Position numbers and translations under genes: made by a program. 64,000 bases of DNA from Minisyncoccota bacterium (GTDB lineage: Bacteria > Patescibacteriota > Minisyncoccia > Phycocordibacterales > UBA1006). The stretch lies in assembly GCA_021209525.1 (NCBI GenBank), contig JAJOIF010000001.1:10708-74707 (forward strand). The letters run 5' to 3'. How positions within the stretch are numbered: position 1 is the first letter of the stretch; the number at the start of each line of letters is the position of its first letter. The notes under the pieces are model-generated. The model did no database searches. It saw only the letters and a program-made list of their open reading frames with translations, and was not told the origin of the DNA. This document shows, in pieces, positions 36,875 through 46,437 of the stretch.

Positions 36875-38419
36875 ATGAAGATAAGGCGCCATGAAACATT
36901 TTCTTGGAATCATGCATTGTGGACATGTCTCGCTCTGGGGGTGGGTGTTTTTCTTGCGTACGGTATTACATATACGCCATCACTCATAGCAACAGCTCGT
37001 GAGCAATCATACACATTACCTCCACTATCACTTGAAGATGTGCGCGGAGATATTGTATTAGGTGAGCCGCCAGCATTATTTGTTGAAACAGTACCTGATC
37101 TCATTGGGTATGTTTTTAGGCAAGAAAAAACACGAGGCTTGCTCACATTTCGTGGTAATGATACGCGTACATGGTATGGCACCGGTCCTGTGTCTCATGA
37201 TATGGCTCAGATATGGTCATATCCAGAGCGACCAATGTGTAGTTATTCAACAGCTCTTGGCGAAACCAAAGAATGGTGCGGTACGGGGTGGACAGGGCAG
37301 CCGCTCGTATGGGAGCGTCCTGACGGCATAACCGAAGTTATCTTTGGCGCATATGATGGCGCCGTACATTTTGTAAATGGTGCTACCGGCAAACCTCTGC
37401 GACATCCATTTCCAACCAGAGATATTATCAAAGGAACAGGCACTCTTGATCCTGATGGGTATCCGCTCTTGTATATTGGATCTCGCGATAATTATATGCG
37501 CATTCTGGCGCTCGATACTCAAGAGGTTCGAGAATTGTGGTCTGTTGATGCGCGCACCCTTGGCGGCATATGGAATGATGATTGGGACGCAAGTCCGCTC
37601 ATTCATGATGGCATCATGTATCAAGGAGGAGAGAATAGTCATTTCTATGCATTTGAACTACATCGCACCTATGATGCAGAGGGTTTCATTTCAGTTCATC
37701 CAAAAATGATTCTCGACATACCTACTTATGATGCAGAGTGGATTGCGCGCGCTGGAGACAGGAATTTTAGTATTGAAAATTCGCCAGTACGCTTTGAGGA
37801 TCGTGTGTATTTTGCAAATTCAGCAGGGCGTATTATGGGTATTGATATACGTCGTATACGCCAAGGTAGCGCACCGGTAGTTTTTGATTTTTGGGTAGGC
37901 GATGACATTGATGCAACGCTCATTGTGGATGATGAAGGTATGCTCTATGTTGCCCTTGAAAAAGAACGCTTTAATGAGCGATCGAGAGAAGTAGGACAAC
38001 TTATCAAAATAAATCCATATAGTGATAATGATCCGATACTTTGGCGCCACCATGTTCCTGGCCCCACACCATCTGCTATTGGTGGTATATGGGCAACACC
38101 AGCATTGCATCAAGGGTATGTGTATGTACCTACACACAAAGGAGAATTGTGGGTAATACATGCCAAAACAGGTGAACGTGTATTTACTGATACATTGACA
38201 CCACATGCATGGTCGTCACCTATTATTGTAGACCAAACATTATTAGTAGGTATGTGTAATGGATATATGCGTATGTACGATGTTCGCATACCGCACGCAC
38301 CACGTATGGTGCGTGATATACGTATTGGACGAGGTGGATGCATTGAATCAACACCTGCATGGTGGAATGGGCGTATGTATATTGGTAGTCGCGATGGTTT
38401 TGTCTACGGTTTTGAATAA
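36875..38419 (+). CDS. Membrane-anchored PQQ-like/BamB-like beta-propeller repeat protein
   Basis: N-terminal TM segment and repeated G..Y..D/W...P blades. The start was moved to 36875 so that it no longer overlaps the tRNA-Ser. Confidence 0.5.
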   Translation: MKIRRHETFSWNHALWTCLALGVGVFLAYGITYTPSLIATAREQSYTLPPLSLEDVRGDIVLGEPPALFVETVPDLIGYVFRQEKTRGLLTFRGNDTRTWYGTGPVSHDMAQIWSYPERPMCSYSTALGETKEWCGTGWTGQPLVWERPDGITEVIFGAYDGAVHFVNGATGKPLRHPFPTRDIIKGTGTLDPDGYPLLYIGSRDNYMRILALDTQEVRELWSVDARTLGGIWNDDWDASPLIHDGIMYQGGENSHFYAFELHRTYDAEGFISVHPKMILDIPTYDAEWIARAGDRNFSIENSPVRFEDRVYFANSAGRIMGIDIRRIRQGSAPVVFDFWVGDDIDATLIVDDEGMLYVALEKERFNERSREVGQLIKINPYSDNDPILWRHHVPGPTPSAIGGIWATPALHQGYVYVPTHKGELWVIHAKTGERVFTDTLTPHAWSSPIIVDQTLLVGMCNGYMRMYDVRIPHAPRMVRDIRIGRGGCIESTPAWWNGRMYIGSRDGFVYGFE

Positions 38420-38490
38420 GGTATACTCTATAGAGGGGTGTGCTTTGTCGCGGACACTCCCTTTATTACACACAATATCTTTCTATCTCT

Positions 38491-38841
38491 ATGGATATTA
38501 ATTACAAAACAACCACATTTATTTTAGCAATTCTTTTGGTGGTGAGTGCAGGTACTTCACTTATGCAAAAAAGAAACCATGATCATCATCACACTCATCA
38601 TGATATGCACAACATGATGATGGATATGAGTGATCGTATGCGCGCAGTTACAGGTACTGAAAGAGATCGCGTCTTTCTTGAAGATATGATTGTTCATCAT
38701 CAGGGTGCGCTTGATATGGCAGAAGTACTCCTTGAGACTACTACTAACCCTCAACTTATAGAACTCGCAAGTGGTATTATCACTGCTCAAGAGCGTGAAA
38801 TAAATATGATGCAAGCATGGCTCGCTGAATGGTTTCAATAA
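38491..38841 (+). CDS. DUF305-family protein with an N-terminal His/Met-rich motif (second paralog)
   Basis: HDHHHTHHDMHNMMMDMSD followed by RVFLEDMIVHHQGALDMAE. Confidence 0.65.
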   Translation: MDINYKTTTFILAILLVVSAGTSLMQKRNHDHHHTHHDMHNMMMDMSDRMRAVTGTERDRVFLEDMIVHHQGALDMAEVLLETTTNPQLIELASGIITAQEREINMMQAWLAEWFQ

Positions 38842-38847
38842 TATAAA

Positions 38848-38880
38848 TAAAAATCTCGCTTACAAGAGCGAGATTTTTTG
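38848..38880. terminator. Bidirectional terminator
   Basis: AAAAATCTCGCT-TACAA-GAGCGAGATTTTTT. Confidence 0.6.
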
Positions 38881-39396
38881 TTAGAAAAAGATTTCGTGAA
38901 AATTATCACCTACATACACCTGCATGAGTTGCTCTTTTTCTGTGCGCGCATCCCTGATCTTGCATGCAATATCAAAACGATCACATGCGCATGCATACTC
39001 TTCTAAAGAGAGCATGTGTTTAAGTGGCAATTTACGCACATATGTACGCACATATGAACCTCTTGAAAAATCATTATAGCGTCTGATAATTGTTTCTGGA
39101 ATAATACCAACAACAATATAATTACTCGCATCTAGATATCCGCTTGATATAATAACGATATCGTTATCATCACAAGTGGGTACTACATTAAAATCATCGA
39201 TACTCATACCTGGTCCTGTGCGTGAAATCAATAAAACAGATCTGTCGGTGTCATGTGTATTGTGAATAATATGTGTTTCTTTGTGTACGATATAAAATCC
39301 GTGATACAAGTATACATCCGCAGTATACATATATGCGTACTCATGTTGACCCATGTCGATAATGCGCGACAATGAGTGAGAAGATGTATTTTTCAT
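38881..39396 (-). CDS. Hypothetical protein co-oriented with and downstream of comFC
   Basis: The ORF was trimmed to an internal Met to avoid the comFC overlap. No motif recognised. Confidence 0.3.
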   Translation of the reverse strand: MKNTSSHSLSRIIDMGQHEYAYMYTADVYLYHGFYIVHKETHIIHNTHDTDRSVLLISRTGPGMSIDDFNVVPTCDDNDIVIISSGYLDASNYIVVGIIPETIIRRYNDFSRGSYVRTYVRKLPLKHMLSLEEYACACDRFDIACKIRDARTEKEQLMQVYVGDNFHEIFF

Positions 39397-39451
39397 AGAA
39401 CATATTTTTCTTTGTATGATAGTGCATATAAGACCCTTGTCAAGAGGTTCT

Positions 39452-40081
39452 TTAGTGGGCAAGAGTGCATGCAATAATGCGTTCATAACCTGATGACTGT
39501 AGTGCGCGCCTCGCTTCGCCCAATGTTGCACCTGTGGTGGTGACATCGTCAATAATGATACATAATCGCTGCATATTTTGTGGCGGTGATGATACAGCGG
39601 TAAATGCATGATCCATATTGCGAGAACGCATTGCGCGCGAAGTAATGCGCGCCTGTTTGCGCGTTGATTTTATCTTAGAAAGAAGAGGTGAGTAATAATA
39701 ACGACTATCTTGCTTCATGAGATATCGTATAAGTAATTCAGATTGATTATACCCACGTGCACGTTTTCTATCAGCGCTGAGGGGTATGGGTACCAACAGG
39801 TACTGTTCTTCGTCCGGAAATTCTTTAATGATGCGTGCATGTAAATGTTCTGCAAAAATAGTACACAGAGTACGAGACGGCATGCGTTTGATACGATAGA
39901 TACATTTTTTTATAAGAGGGCTTTTGTATGACGCAAGCGCAAAGAGCCATGGGTATGGCGTGCGTGGCGCTCGTGGAAATGTTCCTGATTCGTGACGTAT
40001 TCTCAGATCGCGCTCGTATTGTGTTTCAGGAAAAAATATTTGGGTAAGTAAGGTGATACCTTGCACAAAAAAATCAATCAT
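39452..40081 (-). CDS. comFC: ComF family phosphoribosyltransferase-domain competence protein (ComFC)
   Basis: PRTase motif IIIDDVTTTGATL at the C-terminus. Confidence 0.7.
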   Translation of the reverse strand: MIDFFVQGITLLTQIFFPETQYERDLRIRHESGTFPRAPRTPYPWLFALASYKSPLIKKCIYRIKRMPSRTLCTIFAEHLHARIIKEFPDEEQYLLVPIPLSADRKRARGYNQSELLIRYLMKQDSRYYYSPLLSKIKSTRKQARITSRAMRSRNMDHAFTAVSSPPQNMQRLCIIIDDVTTTGATLGEARRALQSSGYERIIACTLAH

Positions 40082-40153
40082 AGGAGACGAGTATCTGTCT
40101 GTGGAGAACTCGTACCTATAGTATTCACAAACAATATGATATAATAATCAAGT

Positions 40154-41260
40154 ATGGTAAATCCGCTCACCGATATTACTCAGCGTTTCCAATCTCTTCT
40201 CTCGGGTCTTGCGGCCAGTCCCGAGAGTGTTGTTGGTGTCGATATTGGTAAATCATCAATCAAAGTAGTACAACTCAAAAAAGAGAAGGGGATGATCGTG
40301 CTTCAAACATACGGTGAAATTGCAACAGGTCCTTATGCTGATATGAAGGCTGGCCAATTACCCACACTTACTGCAGAGCAATTGCAAATGGTTATTACCG
40401 ACCTTGTGCGCGAAGCAAATGTCACTGCGCGTACTGCTTCATTTTCTATTCAAGCTTCAGCGAGCTTGCTCTTCGTGCTTTCGCTTCCTAAAATCACTGA
40501 CAAGGAATTAGAGACAGTTGTTCCAACCGAGGCGCGCAAGTACATTCCTGTGCCGCTCAATGAAGTTGCTCTTGATTATTGGCCTATCCCCGAACAAGAA
40601 TACACTGATACGCCACTTCAACAAACAAAACGAGAAGTATTGGTCGTTGCTATACGCAAAGAGACGATCACTGAATACAGTAACCTCGTGCGCACTCTTG
40701 GGTTTACATCACCTATTCTTGAGGTTGAGGTATTTAGTGCTATTCGATCATGTTTTTATCATGAATTACAGCCTGTAGTGCTTATTGATTTTGGGGCATC
40801 GAGTACGCGCGTTGCTGTTGTTGAATATGGTGTAGTAAAAACATTCCATACGATTAATCGTGGGTCACATTATTTTTCACAAACACTTGCAACTTCGCTC
40901 GGTATCTCATTTGCAGAAGCAGAAGCACTCAAAAAGGAACAAGGGATGACCGAAGGTGCCAATGCTGAAGCGTATGCAATTATGAATACAGGTATGAACT
41001 ATATCTTTTCAGAAATAAATAATGTATTATTAGAATATGAGCGAACGTATCATCGCTCAATAGCCAAGATGGTACTCGTTGGTGGTGGTTCTCGTACCAA
41101 AGGATTTTATGAGCGAGCATCAACTGAGTTCCGTGTCGATGTGCAATTTGGTAATCCATTTGCCAAAGCGAATAGTCCCGAATTCTTGAAGGGGGTCCTT
41201 CAGGAAACAGGTCCAGAATTTGCTATTGCGCTCGGTCTCGCACTCAAGCAATTACAGTAA
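40154..41260 (+). CDS. pilM: Type IV pilus assembly protein PilM (actin-like ATPase fold)
   Basis: VVGVDIGKSSIKVVQL... with the two ASKHA repeats. Confidence 0.8.
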   Translation: MVNPLTDITQRFQSLLSGLAASPESVVGVDIGKSSIKVVQLKKEKGMIVLQTYGEIATGPYADMKAGQLPTLTAEQLQMVITDLVREANVTARTASFSIQASASLLFVLSLPKITDKELETVVPTEARKYIPVPLNEVALDYWPIPEQEYTDTPLQQTKREVLVVAIRKETITEYSNLVRTLGFTSPILEVEVFSAIRSCFYHELQPVVLIDFGASSTRVAVVEYGVVKTFHTINRGSHYFSQTLATSLGISFAEAEALKKEQGMTEGANAEAYAIMNTGMNYIFSEINNVLLEYERTYHRSIAKMVLVGGGSRTKGFYERASTEFRVDVQFGNPFAKANSPEFLKGVLQETGPEFAIALGLALKQLQ

Positions 41261-41290
41261 TCAAAAACATTATTCACTTCATTATATTTT

Positions 41291-42058
41291 ATGGATAAAG
41301 AATTTCAAACCACATTCATACCCAAGCAACCCTTGACGCCTCCGCCGACGTCTTCATTTGCGACAAATAAAGGTGTTGAACCTATAGGAATATTCTCGCT
41401 CATCGCAGGAATACTCTTTGTAGCAGGTCTCGCTATGACAGGAGGTGCATTTGCGTATGAGTATACACTCAAGAATCGCATTGCTACCATGGAAGAATCT
41501 CTGGCGCGCACCGAAAAAGCATTCGAGCCGTCGCTCATTGTTGAATTACAGCGACTCGATCGTCGTCTCTCTGTGGCGAATGATCTCTTGCGTGGACACA
41601 TTGCTGTATCTCCTGTATTTCGTGTCATTGAAGAATCAACACTCCGTCAAGTGAAATATGACACTTTTAATTTTGTATTTGAAAATAGCCAAGCATCAGT
41701 AACCATGAGTGGTATTGCCCAAGATTACCGCACCATCGCAGAGCAATCACTCATTTTTGGATCAAATCGATTCATTAATAATCACCTCTTTTCAAAATTT
41801 GCACTCAATACGCGTGGGCAAGTTACGTTTGATGTGGCGCTCAACCTGAGTTCAGATTTAGTACTTTTTGATCGTAGTCTTGGTCGTGTACCAGGAGGAA
41901 GTAGTGTAACGGCACCTACTTCAGCTCTCGACTTCCTCTCTGCATCTGCGCAAGCTATCGGAGAAGAACCTCTTGAAACATCTCAAGAAGTAGGTATTCC
42001 TGGTCTTGATCCTGTATCTCTGTCGACAGATACACCTATGAATATGCTCACCAACTAA
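41291..42058 (+). CDS. pilN: PilN-like bitopic pilus assembly protein
   Basis: Single TM segment plus a coiled coil. Positioned after pilM. Confidence 0.55.
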   Translation: MDKEFQTTFIPKQPLTPPPTSSFATNKGVEPIGIFSLIAGILFVAGLAMTGGAFAYEYTLKNRIATMEESLARTEKAFEPSLIVELQRLDRRLSVANDLLRGHIAVSPVFRVIEESTLRQVKYDTFNFVFENSQASVTMSGIAQDYRTIAEQSLIFGSNRFINNHLFSKFALNTRGQVTFDVALNLSSDLVLFDRSLGRVPGGSSVTAPTSALDFLSASAQAIGEEPLETSQEVGIPGLDPVSLSTDTPMNMLTN

Positions 42059-42060
42059 GT

Positions 42061-42600
42061 ATGAAAAATATTATCTCTGCCATTATGATACTTGCAGCGA
42101 TTCTGGGCGTTACCTTGTACGCATTACCGACGTATCAGTCAGCCCAAGAACTCAAAGCACAAGAACAAGAACTTGCAAGCGCGCTCACTAATGCTCGTGA
42201 ATTGCAGGCGGCGCGCGATGAGTTATTACAACGCTTCAATAGTTTCACTACGAATGATATTACCCGACTCGAAACATTACTTCCGAATAATATTGATAAT
42301 GTGAAATTGATTATTGAACTCGATGCGCTTGCTCGTCGCTATGGTTTGCGTATTGAAAATATTGATACGATTGAACAAAATTTGAGCCAAGAAGAAGAAC
42401 AAGCGCGCCAAGCGCTTCCGTACGAAAGTATTGACCTTGCTATTGGGGTAGAAGGAACATATGAACGTTTTGTTGAATTTATCGAACAAGTTGAACGCAG
42501 CTTGCGTCTCATTGATGTTCAAAATATTTCTTTCCGTGCGCTCGAAACGGGAAATAATTACAAGTATGACATGACAGTACGCACGTACTGGCTCAAGTAA
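42061..42600 (+). CDS. pilO: PilO-like pilus assembly protein
   Basis: TM segment plus a coiled coil (ELKAQEQELASALTNARELQAARDELL). Gene order supports the call. Confidence 0.55.
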   Translation: MKNIISAIMILAAILGVTLYALPTYQSAQELKAQEQELASALTNARELQAARDELLQRFNSFTTNDITRLETLLPNNIDNVKLIIELDALARRYGLRIENIDTIEQNLSQEEEQARQALPYESIDLAIGVEGTYERFVEFIEQVERSLRLIDVQNISFRALETGNNYKYDMTVRTYWLK

Positions 42601-42604
42601 TCAT

Positions 42605-43036
42605 ATGAAAGATATAGCTCTCAAAATCGGCGGTGGTATTATTGTAGTAGGATTGATTATTCTTGCGTACATTTTTTTGCGCCCTAATAATACAGCGCCT
42701 CAAGGAACATTGGTTTCATCTTCGGGTGCGCCCGTTAATACCACGGCATCAACTCAGTCTATGGCTGGGTCATCAAATAGCGAATTACTTCAACTCTTGA
42801 ATTCAATACGAGGAATTCGTCTTGATAATGCAGTACTCTTGAATCCTGCATTTGCAGAATTGCGCGATATTACTATACCGGTAAGTCGTGATGGCGCTAC
42901 AGGGCGTATCAACCCTTTTGCGCCTTTAGGGTCAGATCCTGCACCTGCTGCTGCATCAATTGGTCAAAATACTCTTCCAGAAACATCTCTTGAATCACCA
43001 GCTATTGGCAATCTTGATATTACTAACACTCAATAA
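42605..43036 (+). CDS. Hypothetical bitopic protein in the pilus operon
   Basis: TM anchor plus a Ser/Thr-rich linker. Confidence 0.35.
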   Translation: MKDIALKIGGGIIVVGLIILAYIFLRPNNTAPQGTLVSSSGAPVNTTASTQSMAGSSNSELLQLLNSIRGIRLDNAVLLNPAFAELRDITIPVSRDGATGRINPFAPLGSDPAPAAASIGQNTLPETSLESPAIGNLDITNTQ

Positions 43037-43053
43037 TTTGATTATTGCTCATT

Positions 43054-44784
43054 ATGAATATACTTGAAATACTTGTACAAAAGGGAATAATCAATCGCTA
43101 TCAAATTGATGATATTGCATTGCGTATGGATCAAAATGGCGAAGACATGGATGCGGCACTTGCTGCAATCGGTGTTTCTTCTGTGGTTCTTGCGCAAGTC
43201 AAAAGCGAGCTCTACGGTATACCTATGCGCCCTTTGAATGCGCAAAATATTTCATTTGAAGTACTTAAATATATTCCCGAAGATTCAGTCAAGTATTACA
43301 AGTTTATTCCTATTGGTGTCACCCCAGAGGGTGTGCTTGAGGTGGGGATGGTCCGACCAGAAGACATGGAGGCACGTAATGCGCTTCAATTTATCTCTTC
43401 AAAAAATAATATCCAATATGAAACATTTGTTATTTCTCAAGCTGATTTTGATGCGGCTATTGATAATTACAAAGGACTCGGGTCTGCAACTGATGATGCT
43501 CTAGAAGATCTTGAAAAAGACATGATTGATGTTGATGATCGCATGGTGCAAGGAATCCCAGCGACAGGCACCATTGCGCAAACAGGGGATAGTCAAAAAA
43601 TCGTTGAAGATGCGCCGGTCACAAAAATGGTTGCGGTTATGTTGCAGCATGCTGTTGAAGGGCGAGCGTCAGATATTCACATCGAGCATACTGGCGACAA
43701 GGTCAAGGTGCGTTTTCGTGTTGACGGAACACTGCATACAAGTCTCATGCTTCCCAAGACAGTACATAGCGCACTTGTGGCGCGCGTAAAAATTCTTGCG
43801 AAATTAAAATTGGATGAAAAACGAAAACCCCAAGACGGTCGTTTCCCGGCAAAAATTAATGGTCGCAAAATAGATTTTCGTGTCTCTACGATGCCGACAT
43901 TCTACGGCGAAAAAGTCGTGATGCGTATTCTCGATCCTGAGCGCGGACAAAAAACACTTGCCGAAGCTGGGATGCGTCCTGATCATTTGGCATTGATGGA
44001 GCGTATGCTCGCTCTTCCATATGGACTCATTTTGGTAACGGGGCCTACTGGTTCTGGTAAGACCACGAGTTTGTACGCTATGCTTAATAATATTGACCGC
44101 GATTCACGCAATGTTGTATCACTCGAAGACCCTATTGAATATTCTGTTCCGGGTATGAACCAGTCTCAAGTACATCCTGAAATCGGTTATACCTTTGCTT
44201 ATGGACTGCGCTCTATTTTGCGTCAAGACCCTGATGTTATCATGGTGGGAGAAATCCGCGACAAAGAAACTGCTCAGCTTGCCATTCAAGCTGCCCTGAC
44301 AGGGCACTTGGTATTTGCAACATTGCACACCAACAGTGCGGTGGGTGTGGTACCGCGTCTCGTTGACATGGGAGTAGATCCGTATTTGATTGCACCAACA
44401 CTCAAAATGGCAATGGGGCAACGCCTTGTGAAAAAAATTGCTGATAATGCCGGCAAACAAATACCTATTGAAGAGAGTGTGCGCGTACTCATCGATCGTC
44501 AATTTGAAGATTTGCCGCCACAATTCCATGACATGATTCCACCGCGGGAGTATCTCTACGAACCAACACCTACAGCTGATGCACCGTCTGGTCTGAGAGG
44601 ACGTCTTGCAGTATTTGAAATGCTTGAAATTGATCATGATATTCAACATGCTATTTTGACTGATCCTACAGAAAATACGATTTATGAAATTGCGCGCAAG
44701 AAAGGAATGCTCAGTATGAAAGAAGACGCCATGATCAAAGCACTTGAGGGCAAGATTCCATTTAGTGAAATTAATACATTGTAA
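43054..44784 (+). CDS. pilB: Type IV pilus assembly ATPase PilB (GspE family)
   Basis: Walker A GPTGSGKTT, Asp and His boxes, tetracysteine-less variant, and an N-terminal GSPII domain. Confidence 0.9.
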   Translation: MNILEILVQKGIINRYQIDDIALRMDQNGEDMDAALAAIGVSSVVLAQVKSELYGIPMRPLNAQNISFEVLKYIPEDSVKYYKFIPIGVTPEGVLEVGMVRPEDMEARNALQFISSKNNIQYETFVISQADFDAAIDNYKGLGSATDDALEDLEKDMIDVDDRMVQGIPATGTIAQTGDSQKIVEDAPVTKMVAVMLQHAVEGRASDIHIEHTGDKVKVRFRVDGTLHTSLMLPKTVHSALVARVKILAKLKLDEKRKPQDGRFPAKINGRKIDFRVSTMPTFYGEKVVMRILDPERGQKTLAEAGMRPDHLALMERMLALPYGLILVTGPTGSGKTTSLYAMLNNIDRDSRNVVSLEDPIEYSVPGMNQSQVHPEIGYTFAYGLRSILRQDPDVIMVGEIRDKETAQLAIQAALTGHLVFATLHTNSAVGVVPRLVDMGVDPYLIAPTLKMAMGQRLVKKIADNAGKQIPIEESVRVLIDRQFEDLPPQFHDMIPPREYLYEPTPTADAPSGLRGRLAVFEMLEIDHDIQHAILTDPTENTIYEIARKKGMLSMKEDAMIKALEGKIPFSEINTL

Positions 44785-44785
44785 T

Positions 44786-45287
44786 ATGGCAAGGTATCCT
44801 GATCGCATAAACGATGCATGTGTTTTTTGTGAGATTGTTGCAGGCGCTCTCGTAACGCCAGGTATTTTTTGGCAAGATGAAGAGTTCATAGCTTTTTAAT
44901 CTATTGATCCTAATACAGAAGTTTTTTTCTTGTGTCATTCCTAAAAAACATTATGGAAGCGACGTACTTAAAATGCCTGATGAGGTTCTTGCGCGTTTTA
45001 TGTGCGCAAGTAAAAAAGTTGCGCAGATACTCGAAAATGCTTTTGATGATGTTGGAAGAGTGGGTGTGCTTATGGAAGGAACAGGTATTGATCATGCGCA
45101 TATAAAACTCTTTCCTATGCACGGTACTGAACATCTTAAAAAAGGAATATGGAAACAACATTTTTCAGATAAAGAATTTTGGTTTGAAAAATATGAGGGG
45201 TGGATTTGTTCCGGAGGAGGATCTTTGGCTGATGAAAAAGAATTATCCATACTTGCAGAAAAAATAAAATCCTCGTATCAAAAATAA
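44786..45287 (+). pseudogene. HIT-family gene interrupted by an in-frame TAA and a frameshift
   Basis: Frame 0 (44786-44899) encodes MARYPDRINDACVFCEIVAGALVTPGIFWQDEEFIAF*, which is the HIT N-terminus. The remainder (CVIPKKHY...GIDHAHIKLFP, with the histidine triad) is in the +1 frame starting at TTG 44904. A T7 run sits at the junction. Confidence 0.5.
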
Positions 45288-45346
45288 TACTCTATGCACA
45301 TATTCAACATGCGTGCATTTTTTATTTTGTGATATACTAAAACTAT

Positions 45347-46417
45347 ATGGAACAGCAACATCGCGAATTATTACATACATTACTCATGACATTGATGCGT
45401 GAACAAGGATCTGACTTGCACTTGTCGCCAGGACGCAAACCTTTTATTCGTATTCACAATGAGCTTATCCCGCTCTCTACAATGAACACCCTAGAACCTA
45501 TGGATACCATTGGGGTGCTCACTGCAATGGTGGGTCCTGATCGCGTCAAACAACTCGGTGAACGCCAAGAGCTCGATTTCTCATATGATTTTCCCGAAGG
45601 TCATATGCGCTTGCGAGGTAATGCATTTGTTCGCCAAGAAGTAGTGAGTATTGCTCTTCGTTCTATTCAAAAAGTAAAAGATTTTAATGAGCTCGGATTA
45701 CCTGCTGAGCTCCTCATGGAATTTACCCGCAAACAACAAGGATTCTTTTTGGTGGTGGGTCCAGTAGGGGTAGGCAAGTCTACCACGATGTCAGCAATGG
45801 TTGATGTGATTAATCGCGAACGCAAAGAACATATCGTCACGATTGAGCATCCTATCGAGCATATCTTTGAAGAAAAAAATTCTATCATTGATCAGCGCGA
45901 AGTAGGTATTGATACCGAGAGTTTTCAATCAGCGCTCGGGGCAGTGTTTCGCCAAGATGCCGATGTTATTATGATTGGTGAAATGCGTACACCAGAAACC
46001 ATTGCAACTGCGGTGACTGCCGCAGAAACAGGACACTTGGTATTTTCAACATTACACACCAATAATGCCTCACAAACCATTGACCGTATTATTGATTCAT
46101 TTCCGGGTGATCAACAAAGTCAAATTCGCTCTCAGCTCGCGAATTCTTTGCTCGGTATTTTTTCACAGAGACTTGTGCCATCACTGCATGGTGGACTCGT
46201 GCCTGCATATGAATTTATGCGCAATACTAATGCTACAGCGAACCTTATCCGCGAAGGGCGTACTCATGAAATTGAAACGGTTATTGAAACAGGGTACGAG
46301 CAAGGCATGATGAGTATGAACCGATCGCTTGCTGAATTGGTTCGTCGTGGAGATGTTGCTGTCGAGGAAGCAATGCGTTATTCATTAAATCCGCGAGGGC
46401 TTGAACAATTATTATAA
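45347..46417 (+). CDS. pilT: Twitching motility/retraction ATPase PilT
   Basis: 356 aa with Walker A GPVGVGKST and the PilT-type motifs. Confidence 0.85.
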   Translation: MEQQHRELLHTLLMTLMREQGSDLHLSPGRKPFIRIHNELIPLSTMNTLEPMDTIGVLTAMVGPDRVKQLGERQELDFSYDFPEGHMRLRGNAFVRQEVVSIALRSIQKVKDFNELGLPAELLMEFTRKQQGFFLVVGPVGVGKSTTMSAMVDVINRERKEHIVTIEHPIEHIFEEKNSIIDQREVGIDTESFQSALGAVFRQDADVIMIGEMRTPETIATAVTAAETGHLVFSTLHTNNASQTIDRIIDSFPGDQQSQIRSQLANSLLGIFSQRLVPSLHGGLVPAYEFMRNTNATANLIREGRTHEIETVIETGYEQGMMSMNRSLAELVRRGDVAVEEAMRYSLNPRGLEQLL

Positions 46418-46437
46418 GGAAATAAGAACGAGAGATT

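Noticed and set aside
38881-39609. 242-aa ORF overlapping comFC by 158 nt
   Set aside because: The overlap is an ORF-caller extension. It was trimmed to an internal Met and kept only as a hypothetical downstream gene.
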